Shown here: positions 39,601 to 50,035 of the stretch, piece after piece
Position numbering within the stretch: the stretch's first letter is position 1
How the letters are laid out: every line of letters starts with the position of its first letter
From: Macrostomum lignano
Taxonomy: Eukaryota
NCBI GenBank assembly: GCA_002269645.1
Contig: NIVC01001399.1
Span: 186,001-250,000, forward strand
DNA length: 64,000 nt
Direction: 5' to 3'
Notes under the pieces: model-generated
What the model was told of the DNA's origin: nothing
The model's database searches: none
The model's input: the letters and a program-made list of their open reading frames with translations, nothing else
Translations under genes and position numbers: made by a program

Positions 39601-40498
39601 GATGCAGATGGCATAGTTGAATTCATTCGGCACACGGGAGACCTATGGCGTACTCTGAGGTCAAAGCCAATTCACCTGTCGGATGTTCTTTGGCAGTGGG
39701 ACAATGCGCGACCTCACGTAGCCCGTTCTGTGCAGCAGTACATGGAGTCCCGTGGAGTTCAGCTGGTGTTTCAGAGTCCTTACAGCCCAGACTTCAATCT
39801 GTGCGACCGTTTTTTGTTCAGTTGGATCAAGACTGATTTCTCCAGGCGAGTGTTCAGCGACCACAATGAAGTTCGAGAAGCTGCGTTGCAATGGGCAAGA
39901 GGCCTTGACGAAGATTGCTTGAAAAGAGAGGTTCAGCGACTTGTTGACCATTGCCAAGCTGTAATCAACGCAAGGGGAGATTGCATTACCAACTAGTGCT
40001 GTTATCGTGTTTTTTGATAGTTCTGACTGATTTTTTAAATACATTCTCGCGACTTTCCGGACAGCCGAAGTAGTAACAAAATTGTCTTTTTAATTTAATA
40101 TCAACATGATTGTCTTCAGACCGCGGCGTCACACGGAGACAGGTGTGCAGGCGATGAAGCCGAAGCAGCAGCAGCAAAAGTGTCAACTGCAGCAACCTGC
40201 ATCTCGACACCGAATCGCCCTCCAAAGTATCGACTGTTCGCCAATCGCGGCAGTTTCAAATTCGCCTCAGCAGCAGCAGCAACTGCTGGAACGTGGCACG
40301 ACGGTAGTCAGGGACGCTAGAAAAGTGACCTTGGCCAAGGGCAAGTACGTGAGTCCTGTAGCTACTCCGCCGGAGGGCTGTGAACAACGTCGAGCACCGC
40401 AGCCGGGCAGATACGAGCCTGTGCTGGACATGACGTTGCGCAGGCGCCAGAAACAGCTGCTGCAGAAGTGCAGTCCAGATCCTGGCGCTTGTGTGTAA
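36685..40498 (+). CDS. NEK2: NIMA-related kinase 2-like Ser/Thr kinase, 4 exons, about 481 aa (upstream in-frame ATG at 36616)
   Basis: join(36685..37336,37836..38089,38340..38500,40120..40498) = 1446 nt in frame. Motifs LGSGTFG, WKE, EVNLL, HRDLKPANV, DFG, TFVGTPMYMSPE, KSDIWALGC, PPF and RPS, then a coiled coil. FAWKETDY...QMLCQEVNLLRSLQH resembles NEK2 LVWKELDY...QMLVSEVNLLRELKH. Introns 2 and 3 use GC donors. Confidence 0.88.
37370..37790. repeat. ~48-bp minisatellite (GATGATCAAAGACATGAGATTAGAGAGAGAAGAGATCTAAGATTAGCG) in NEK2 intron 1
   Basis: About 7 copies, the last four nearly identical. Confidence 0.92.
38720..40070 (+). mobile_element. Full-length mariner (DD34D) transposon, 1351 bp, inactivated, in NEK2 intron 3
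   Basis: 30-bp TIRs CTTCG(C/G)CTGTCCGGAAAGTCG(T/C)GAGAATGT with 2 mismatches; TA duplication at 38718-19 and 40071-72. Transposase about 38949..39996 has WVPHAL, EDKTWVY, WDNARPH and YSPDFNLCD (34 residues between the 2nd and 3rd D). Premature TAG at 39377-79 and a frameshift near 39447. Confidence 0.95.
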
Positions 40499-40734
40499 CT
40501 GCGAAATACGTGTCTGATGAATAAATTGCGCTTGCTGATTCTGGGTGTACAGACAATTGACTGTCCAATCTAAACCCAATCAAGGCTGATTCACACTACC
40601 ATCAGATTAGGACACTAATTTACAAAGCAATGATAATTTTGATGTACAAGTTGTATGGTCGCACGATGATTTTGCCATATTTTATGGCTATGTGAGCAAG
40701 CCTTAGAGACCCTTATTCCTATCCTAAATCTTAA

Positions 40735-41075
40735 GCTACACCAAAATCTAACCAAAAGCCATAACCTAACCGTAGCCTAAACCTTAACCCTAAGCTAAAC
40801 GCCCAACTCTAACTCTAACCATAAACCTAAGCTATGAGTAAACTGCATCTTAAACTGTAACACAAACCTAACCTAAACCTAAACCTAAAGCAAACTTAAC
40901 CTGAACCTAAACTGAACCCTAACGCAAACCTAACCTAAATCCAACCCGAACCCTAACGCAAACCTAGAATAACCTAAATCTGATGCAAACCCTAACGCAA
41001 CCCTAACTTAAACCCTAACACTAACCTAACCTAAACTCTAACCCAACCTTATTTAACCCTTTTACTACCCTAATC
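40735..41075. repeat. degenerate (AACCCT/AACCTA)n telomere-like simple repeat
   Basis: Many CCCTAA, CCTAA and ACCTAA variants. Confidence 0.75.
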
Positions 41076-41804
41076 TAAATATAAGTTGTCAACAGTCAAA
41101 TATTTGGTAGTCAATTTTGATTTTTTTAATAACTATCCGGTGGCTTAAAGTTTAGCCGAGATTAGCTATATTTGGAATGAATAAAAAATAAAACTATTAA
41201 ATAATTATTGTTTGATTTTTTTAGTTATTCACACAAACTCAATATTGACGGGTTGCTTTCACAACCTCGAAACAACCTCACTTGTGAAGTCGGCTGCTAA
41301 AATGGTCTTCGAGGTTGTGAAATTTCGAGCTTGTGAAGCGACCCCATATTGACTACCAAATATTTGATTAATTCCTTCCCAATATTCAACAATCTAATCA
41401 CGATTCGTCATCTATGAAGATTCTATGCACTTTTAGCTACATATACTTTCATTTATTGCAATCTGACAACTTTCAAAGATAATTAGAATATTTATTCGTT
41501 TAAATATAAACCAATTTTTATTGCAAACACTTTTTGTGTTTGGAATAGCAAGTATCATCTTTTTAATTATTTATTTGTCTATTGCAAATTGCAATTGTAA
41601 AACTTACTTACTAGCTAGTTTAGTTAGTTTACTTAAGTTTCCTAGCTATCACAAAGTACACCTAGATCAAAGGAGTGAATTATCGAGCTGGTATGGACAG
41701 TGTATGAAATATTCAAAACTTGCTCGAAACCGTCTAGTTTATGGGAATTTTCTAGTATGTGAATAGCCTCACTTTTGTGAATAGTCTCGACTTAGTGTAA
41801 ACCG

Positions 41805-41965
41805 TCTATGGTTTGTGTAAATAGTCTCTAGTTTGTGTGAATAGTTTATAGTTTGTGTGAATAGTTTATAGTTTGTGTGAATAGTATCTAGTTTGTGTGA
41901 ATTGTTTATAAGTTCCTAGTTCATTTGAACCGTCTATAGTTTGTGTGAATAGTCTCTACTTTTTG
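41805..41965. repeat. 20-bp minisatellite (AGTTTGTGTGAATAGTTTAT)
   Basis: About 6-7 degenerate copies. Confidence 0.8.
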
Positions 41966-42609
41966 TGAACAGTCAATGTCAATAAGACTAGCTTTTGTGA
42001 ATTGAGCTAAGTTAAAATACAAAAAGTTACATAAAAAGAAGCAGTATCATTTCCTTCAAAGATGGAAATCAGAAAAGTGAAAAAAACAACAGTTTTGTAT
42101 TGTTTATTTGTTTAGAAAATATTGCAAAAAAGCAAAAAATAAACGCACAGAGGAGAAACCGGCTTAATGCAATAGTTGAAAACTGTAAACGGGAGTAGTG
42201 ACCAAATAATAAAGGATTTTTTGACTCAAATAAATGGAGTCTATTAGGCATAAAGTGAACTAAATGTGTATAAAAACTGGAACAAATAACGACAAAGAGA
42301 GCAAAAAGCCGCAAAATAAACGCAAAACAAACTTCGGCCACTAAGAGGTGTTTGTTTTCTGATTGAGGAAATCAATCTTGGCCAGATTTGAAAACGAACG
42401 AATGTACTTTTAACCAGCCATAAAGCCATCAAAACCGTGCTTACCCTGGACTGAGAGATGATGAAATGAAACACAAACTTAGAAGCAGAAAAAGAAGCCG
42501 ACTGCATTGTGAAAAGCTTAGTATAGCACGGCAGCTAGTATAGTTAACTTGTGTTGAGTCAGTACTCAACCAGTAGAGTTTCAGTCTCAAGTAGCTCCCG
42601 CTGCACTGC

Positions 42610-45045
42610 TCAATTGTGTCGGTAGCAGCGACGGCCATTGGCGACGTGCTGCGCATTGCCGACACAAGCCGGCAGGGGCACCATGCGGCCGCCGCCTTCT
42701 CCGTTGCGGTGCACCCTGCTGCGGCTGCGGTGCTCCCGGTGATCCCGCTGGTGCTCCCGGTGCTCCCGGTGTCCGCGGCTGTCGAGACGAAGCTCCCTAC
42801 GATCGTGGCTGCGATGACGTTGGCGACTCTGGCGGTAAGGACGGCTCTCGCGTTGCTCGCGAATCTGCGCATTTGTGACATTTTGCTGTTTTAGTAACCA
42901 TAATATGAATGTCGCGAAGATTAAATGATGGAGATTATTGAAAAACGAGGGGACTTAAGCGTGGGGAAATTTATGCAAAATATGCTGGATCAAAGATTCA
43001 GCAAATTTTAAAAATCCCTAAAGTTTGAGAGCGCCCTAAGGAAATCAAATTATTAGTATCCCTAAAGATTAAAGAATAGGGATTCTGATACAGGGAATTA
43101 GAGAATGAGGATCTTGATAGACACAGGGAATCAGAGAATGGGAATCTTGATAGAAAACAGGGGATCAGAGTAGAGGATCTTAATAGACACAGGGGATCAG
43201 AGAATAGGGATCTTGATAGACAAAGGGGATCAGAGAATGGGGATCTAGATAGACACAGAGGAACAAAGAATGGGGGATCTTGATAGACACAGGGGATCAG
43301 AGAATGGGAATCTTGATAGACACGGAGGATCAGAGAATGTGGATCTTAATAGAAAACAGGGGATCAGAGAATGGGGATCTTAACAGACACGGAGGATCAG
43401 AGAACTTTTATTAGCTTTCTCACGTTTTGCTGCTGACGCCGAATCAGGATCTCGCGTAGCTCGGAAGCGCTGCGTCGAATTCGTTCAAAAGCGCCCATGA
43501 GTTCCTTGTAGTCCTCGTCAGCTTTTTCCAGCCTAGAAACCAGCTGGGCCTTGCGCCGCCTCTCGGTCTCCATACAGTGGATCAACTCGGACTGCCGCTC
43601 CTTAGCGGCGAGGCCAGCCTGCTTGACCGCGGAGAGTCGTTGAAGTGCGATCTCGGCTTGGTCCTTGTACTGCTTCTCCTCTTTCTGCTTCTTGCCAAGG
43701 TACATCTTCAGCAGAGAGCTCCTTTCTAACATAGCGGCCGTGGCGGCGCGGCACTCCATCAGGCGGCGCTGCTTTTCCGCGTGGACTTCTTTGGCAATTT
43801 GAACTTGGCGCTTCAGTTGCAGCCGGGACTGGGTTATATTGGGATGGCAGGCGGAGATTCTAGAGACATGGGATCACAGAAATCAGGGTCTACGAAAAGT
43901 CGGAGGATGAAGCTATGAATATGATGATCTTTGTGAATCCAGGGAATGGGAATCTTTGCGAATCCAGGGAATGGGGATACCTGTGAATCCAGGGAATGGG
44001 GAACTTTTTGAATCCAGAGAATGGGGATACCTATGAATCCAGGGAATGGGGAACTTTGTGAATCCAGGGAATGGGGATATCTGTGAATCCAGGAAATGGG
44101 GATATCTGTGAATCCAGGATCCAGAGAATGGGGATATCTGTGAATCCAGGAAATGGGGATATCTGTGAATCTAGGAAATGGGGATATCTGTGAATCCAGG
44201 ATCCAGAGAATGGGGATATCTGTGAATCCAGGAAATGGGGAACTTTGTGAATCCAGGGAATGGGGATATCTGTGAATCCAGGAAATGGGGATATCTGTGA
44301 ATCCAGGATCCAGAGAATGGGGATATCTGTGAATCCAGGGAATGGGGAACTTTGTGAATCCCGAGAATTGGGATATCTGTGAATCCAGGAAATGGGAATA
44401 TCTGTGAATCCAGGGAATTGGGATATCTGTGAATCCAGGAAGTGGGGCTATCTGTGAATCCAGGGAATGGGGAACTTTGTGAATCTAGAGAATGTGGATA
44501 TCTGTGAATCCAGGGAATGGGGAACTTTGTGAATCCAGAGAATGGTGATACCTGTGAATCCAGGAAATGGGGCTATCTGTGAATCCAGAGAATGGTGATA
44601 CCTGTGAATCCAGGAAATGGGGCTATCTGTGAATCCAGGGAATAGAGGTATGAAGTCAGGAGATTACAGAATGCGAACGCACCTGCACCATCCAGGTATT
44701 GACGCTGTGCTTCACCAAGCTAATCGCCAGCTTTATCTCCACGCCGACCAGACCGCGATCGTGGGTTTGAACATGCCGACTGTCGTGCAGGTTGATCACT
44801 TTCCTATCGTCAAGGCTTTGATCAGTGCACAGTAGGCAATAGAAGCCACAAGTCGCATTCAAAGTTTTACTAAACATCCAGGGCTTGTGGTTGCCACAGA
44901 ACACGTGGCCACAAGCACAAATTAAGCCTTCATTAATCAGAGGCAAGTTGCATGTTGAAATGTTGCAGTACATCACGCAGTCATCATTAGGCTTTTTGAT
45001 TTTCAAGTTGCCAACTGGTTCAGTTTTCACCATTTTGCTATTCAT
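42610..45045 (-). CDS. CCNB1IP1: HEI10/CCNB1IP1-like meiotic RING E3 ligase, 3 exons, 347 aa
   Basis: complement(44683..45045, 43424..43828, 42610..42885), all phase 0 and GT-AG, 1044 nt. RING CNISTC...CACGHVFCGNH...CLLC has the HEI10 pattern (CNYRKC...CSHIFCDQH...CPAC). GLVGVEIKLAISLVKHSVNTWMVQ aligns with HEI10 VLAGLRPEIVLDISSRALAFWTYQ, then a coiled coil. Confidence 0.78.
43075..43405. repeat. ~33-bp minisatellite (GGGATCAGAGAATGGGGATCTTGATAGACACAG) in HEI10-like intron 2
   Basis: About 9 copies. Confidence 0.88.
43930..44645. repeat. ~24-bp minisatellite (GTGAATCCAGGGAATGGGGATATCT) in HEI10-like intron 1
   Basis: About 28 copies. Confidence 0.92.
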
Positions 45046-48000
45046 TCTTTCTAGTAAAAAGAACTGTTACATAAACCAATTAGGGTTTTGAATGTTTGAA
45101 TTTGCATAAGAAGTAAAAAATAAACGCTTAAAATACTTGAGTCATTGAGATAACACAATTGGCTTCTTAAAAAAATTATTGTAGATAGACATACAGTATT
45201 TCTAAGTATGTTGAAATAATTCTAAATAAATTGATACTACATTAAAAAATATATATACATAATATTTGCTTACATGAATTGTAGAAAGTCCTGTATAACT
45301 AATTTTAGTATGGCAAGTAGTTAGTTTAATATAATTTTGTTGAAACAGGTAGCTACTTAAATAGACCTTTCTATTGATCTATTGAGGTAATTTATAATTA
45401 ATAACTTTGGCTTTAACAATAAATTAAATATAATAGTTTAGCCTACTTTGCATTGATATTAAATAGTTAGGGAATTGAGTGTGAAGATTGAGAAAAAATA
45501 ATTTTTTTAAATAAGCCTACATAACACAATGTCTATGACTTGAGATGCATTGAGACAAATCATTTAGCAAAATCATGAAAATATTGAACTTTGAATTCAA
45601 AATTTTGGGCATTGATTAAAAAATTAATTAGAAAATCTAATGCACTAAAAATGTATATTTTCTATAAATAAAAAGCGGCGTATTCCCTAGAACTAGATCA
45701 ATCAGATAACACAAAATTATATGCCAGTGGTAAAATAAAAATTAATATTTAAAGTTCACTTTCAGATTGAATGTTTTCTGAGCTTTTAAACGTTAGTCAT
45801 TCTATTCCAGTAGGGCCTACTACTAGAAGGAAAACTATACTAGTTAATTATAAATCAAAGCATGTGTGTAAACAGAAAATCACAAAATCTAAACTAGCTA
45901 CACGAAGTTTGTGGCTTGGATTGCACACAACAAATAATACGATACGAGCACAGCATAGTTTCACATACAAGCAGTGTAATTATTCCTTGCCTTTAATATA
46001 TGATAGAAGAAGTTAGGCTTAGGACTATAAATGGTACTCAAAAACTACTTTGAGATTAGTAAAAGTAAAAGCTAGTGAAGACGTTTTGCTATTTAGTTAG
46101 TGAAAACTGGAAGAAGATCGAATGGCGCAGCGAATCAGCGATATTTTTGAAAATTAGTTGTAGTAGGAATGATCAAGTGCATGCAAAAGTGAGTAAAGAA
46201 ACAAAAATACACTTATGATAATGAACAAAATTGATTTATAACTTAAACCTCCAACTGCTGAAGAAAATAAGTTATAAAAAAATTCTTTAATTGAAGTTCA
46301 TTTAGACAATAACCATAGTAATGGCAAGTAGTATGGCGAGAAATTTGGTTCTAAAAAATTTGAGGGCTAAGTTTTATAAAATACTTAACGGAGATTTTTT
46401 TTCACTTTTTCAGCCTGTTAGATTACAATTGCATTCTTTTTTCATTGCAATATTTATTTTTTGTAAGGTACATGTACAAAGTGTTAAAAGACTTCTTTGT
46501 AATTTGCAGGAGGATCGAGTTTCCTGTCATTTTAATTTCCTTTTTTGTACATGCATATGTTCCCAGCCAAGAAAGTAAAAAATCGGAATCGTTACATTCT
46601 TTATTTAATTTGTTGCTGATTTCAATCCTAATAGGAATTGCTAAAAGCCACACCATCAGGCAGTAAAGCATTTACATGTATGTACAGCGAGACATACACA
46701 GGGCATGCGTAGTTGTCGAAAACTGTATAAACAGGGCGCATGACAGCGCTGCAATTTGAAGGGTTTTTTAGAGAGAGCCTGTCAACTCAAAGTGGAGCCC
46801 GAGTAACCTATGTTCACAAGCGATACGGGATAGTTAGTAATATTATGTCAACTTTAAGCTCATAATTGGTCCTTATCCCGGCCCAGCTTTATTAATTAAC
46901 CCACACCTCCCAACAAGTCCTACTTTTCGTCACTTTTTGCCAAACCCAGCTTTCAGGTGTCACTGTGAGCGGAATGACGTATCATTTGTGTACATATATC
47001 TCACTCGGGATTCAGTATACGTACTAAATTTGATCGTTAAATAAGTTGACTGGACCTTTTGTCAGTATTGAAAGGCCGGAATTTAATTAGTATCGCAGTC
47101 CCTGGATACACGCATATACAGTTACACAGTTAGACACTTATTTTGGACAGCGCATCTGAAATTGCTCGTACTATTGTCGGGTTTCGACCTTCCGGCCCCC
47201 TTGTGGGGAAGCCTTCGGGCCTCAGGTCTCAGAAATAGATCAATTAGAGTCCTGGCGGCACTCCTGTCAGATGGTCAGCCCCAGGTAGCTTGATTGTGTG
47301 GCGAGCAGTCTAGGTCCTATAGCTAAGAGAGGGACAGCGAGAGACAAGCAGGGAGAATTTTGAAGGTAGAAATTAGTTAATCCGCAGATTAGCTAACTCG
47401 CTGCCACCAGCCCTTACGTCCTGGCTCACCACACCCGGACTCTCAAAATCGGGCTTCCGACTAAGGGGCTTTGCACATACCTGCCAACTAGTGTATTTTT
47501 GCTGTCAATCTCGAAGTCATAGCCGATGATAAGGGACACTGCTGGGACTTGATCGCATTGGCCATGCAGGTACAGAGGGGACTTGTGCAGGGGATTCTTT
47601 GCAGTGGCGAGACTATGGGGTAGTTACATGTACTATTACATTGCTAAATACGAAGAATTGTACTTTTGACCTTCAACGCGCCAACCAGCCTCTCCTAGCG
47701 CTGATGATAGGCTAACTCGAACATCAGAGACCGCATGATTCATCACCCGAGCCGCTTGGCTAACCTAGAGTGCACAGAGTACATCTCTGGAGCCGATTCT
47801 GCACTATTGGCAATTTCGCTAACTGATTTGATAGATTGATCGACTGAGAACTGCCTTGCCATAGGTCCACTGTGACCGGCGCCTACTAGCTTAGCTACTC
47901 ATCTGAGCCATCGGCGAACAAAGAAATAAAACCGATAAAAATAACTGTTAGATTTCCTTCTCCTTAAATCACTTCACACCAGATTGAATTGGAGTTTTAG

Positions 48001-49937
48001 ACTACTAGCAGTATTGAATGACTTCTGCCTCAATTACAGCACTACTGAACAAAATGAGCAAAAGCGTGCGCCTAATCCAGCTACTGAAACAGGGGACAGA
48101 TAAGGGATCACCCAATCAAGCAAGTCTCGGCAGCCTCTCACCCAACCAATCAGAAACTCAACAGCCGGAGACCAGGTAATCCACAGTGACCGAATCGGCT
48201 TCGCAGCTGTAGGCCCGGGATGATGCTGATGTCACAATCTTCGCTGATAGCTAGCAGGTGATGCTCTTAACCTTGATGTTCGTTGCTGATGACCAGGGGG
48301 ACTCGTCCTTGATGATAATGGGGGAAGGTCGCAATCTGGGGATCAAGAAACGACGGTCAGTTCCTGGCCGGTGGAGCCAAGGGTAGTATACCCGGTCGCA
48401 AAAAGGTTGCAGTCCGAGCGGGCCAAAAACACCGGTTTAAATAGCCGCCAACTGGACCGCAGTTTGTTATAATGGAACACGTCGATTCTGATTGGCTGAG
48501 CCGATTTGTTAAAATGAGCGTCGAATTTTCTGATTGGATGAGCTAGCTGCCACCCAAAATCACGTGACCGGAAGATCCTATCAGTTCCCTCGGGGTCGTA
48601 AAAACATGACAGGTGCGGCCAAAAATCACTCAAAATCGCAACAAAATGATTTATGACTTTTCGCGTAGAATTGACAAAAATGAATGAAAAAATATACATT
48701 AGAAAGCTCTTATTAAATAGAAAGTGAAGATAATGAAGAGAAATCGCTAATCGCTAATCCCAAAGTACTTTTAGGGGTAAAACGCATAGCTGTCAAAGCT
48801 GTCACACGCTTGAGTGAACACGAACAATAGGCTCTGACCTCATAAATCTGATGGCCTGTCAAAAATGATGCAAAAAAAGCTATCATTCGCATCCCCTCAG
48901 GCCATCTGGCGCGCGCCTCAACACTGAGTGAGGCCCAGGTGGCTGTCAGCTACCAACTTTGAAAGCGATGATTTACGACCCAAAAAGCTGCGCCTACGTT
49001 ATTATGACTACTAGTATGACCAAACATTATATCTAGTATAGATTCTATGACAATTCGCAGAAAAAGGATAAAAATGCCCATTGCCCACTGTTAGTAGGCT
49101 AGTAAGTTTAGAGCCCATGTGCTAGCGCGGGATTTGGAAAAAAGTGCGTCCTCATCACTATAATTAGACAGTACATGTGATGATATGTTCCCTCTGCAAG
49201 ACGGTATTACCGGTACTGTTTTGCAGACAGATCGAGGTACGGCCGGTACTTCTCAGTAAGGATATAGTAGCACTGCTGTGCCCGCGATGAGCAATCAGCT
49301 CTGGCCCTCGGTCAGGGGCATTTGGAGCAAATTAAGCATTGCACTTTTAACCCCCCACGCCGCGTTCGCAACGGCCCTCCGTTCTCCCCGCGCTCCCCAC
49401 ATTTACAATGTACATGTAATGTACCTCTCTAGCGTCCGTGCCCAAGTTTTGATTCGCTATTTTATGTGCGCCGCGATTGTGCCCGCCAATCGGCAGTTGG
49501 GAAAGCATTTATGCGGCCCTAAACTCTATAACCATGGAGATTTGAGGTGAGATGGAAGTTAAAATTTTGAAGTTCATTGAGGTCAACGCAATAAAATTTG
49601 CGTTGAAATAAGTATACAGATGAGTTGGAGGTGAGCGAGAGAGAGCTAGTTTCGATGACACAGCTAGTCAGCCTACGAGTAAATTGCTCAAAAACAATAC
49701 ATTAGAAACATTCCGCTTGCTCTGCCTCGCTTCATTGGGATGAGTCATCACAGTGACTCATGCTTATCGCCCACCCCACTCCCCCGCGCACCAACCCCAT
49801 CTCCTTTTTATTGTTCGAAATCATTATTCATGCGTGTGACAGTTTTATGACCCTCTATCTTCCTAAGTTTTTCCTGTCTGTTACGTAATCCCCAATCATA
49901 AATCATTTTTCTCAGCTGCGCCCCATCCCAATTTCTT

Positions 49938-49991
49938 ATCCAATCACAGCAGCGTGGCTGACGTGTGACGTCATCAGGGTTGCTTGGTAAC
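49938..49991. promoter_or_regulatory. cluster of CCAAT box, CRE (TGACGTCA 49966..49973) and RFX X-box-like GTTGCTTGGTAAC (49979..49991)
   Basis: Three consensus motifs within about 55 bp; target gene unknown. Confidence 0.45.
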
Positions 49992-50035
49992 GAAAGTCAA
50001 GGACAAGACACGGCCTTCAATATCACGCATCACGC

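Noticed and set aside
42441-42894. ORFs 42441..42881 (-) and 42616..42894 (+)
   Set aside because: The phase-0 splice at 42885 selects a third frame (QNVTNAQIREQ...HN*); these ORFs are alternative-frame or antisense shadows.
47695-47730. Hammerhead ribozyme at CTGATGA (47701)
   Set aside because: No stem II followed by GAAA and no compatible stems I/III; it is just a CTGATG/CATCAG hairpin.
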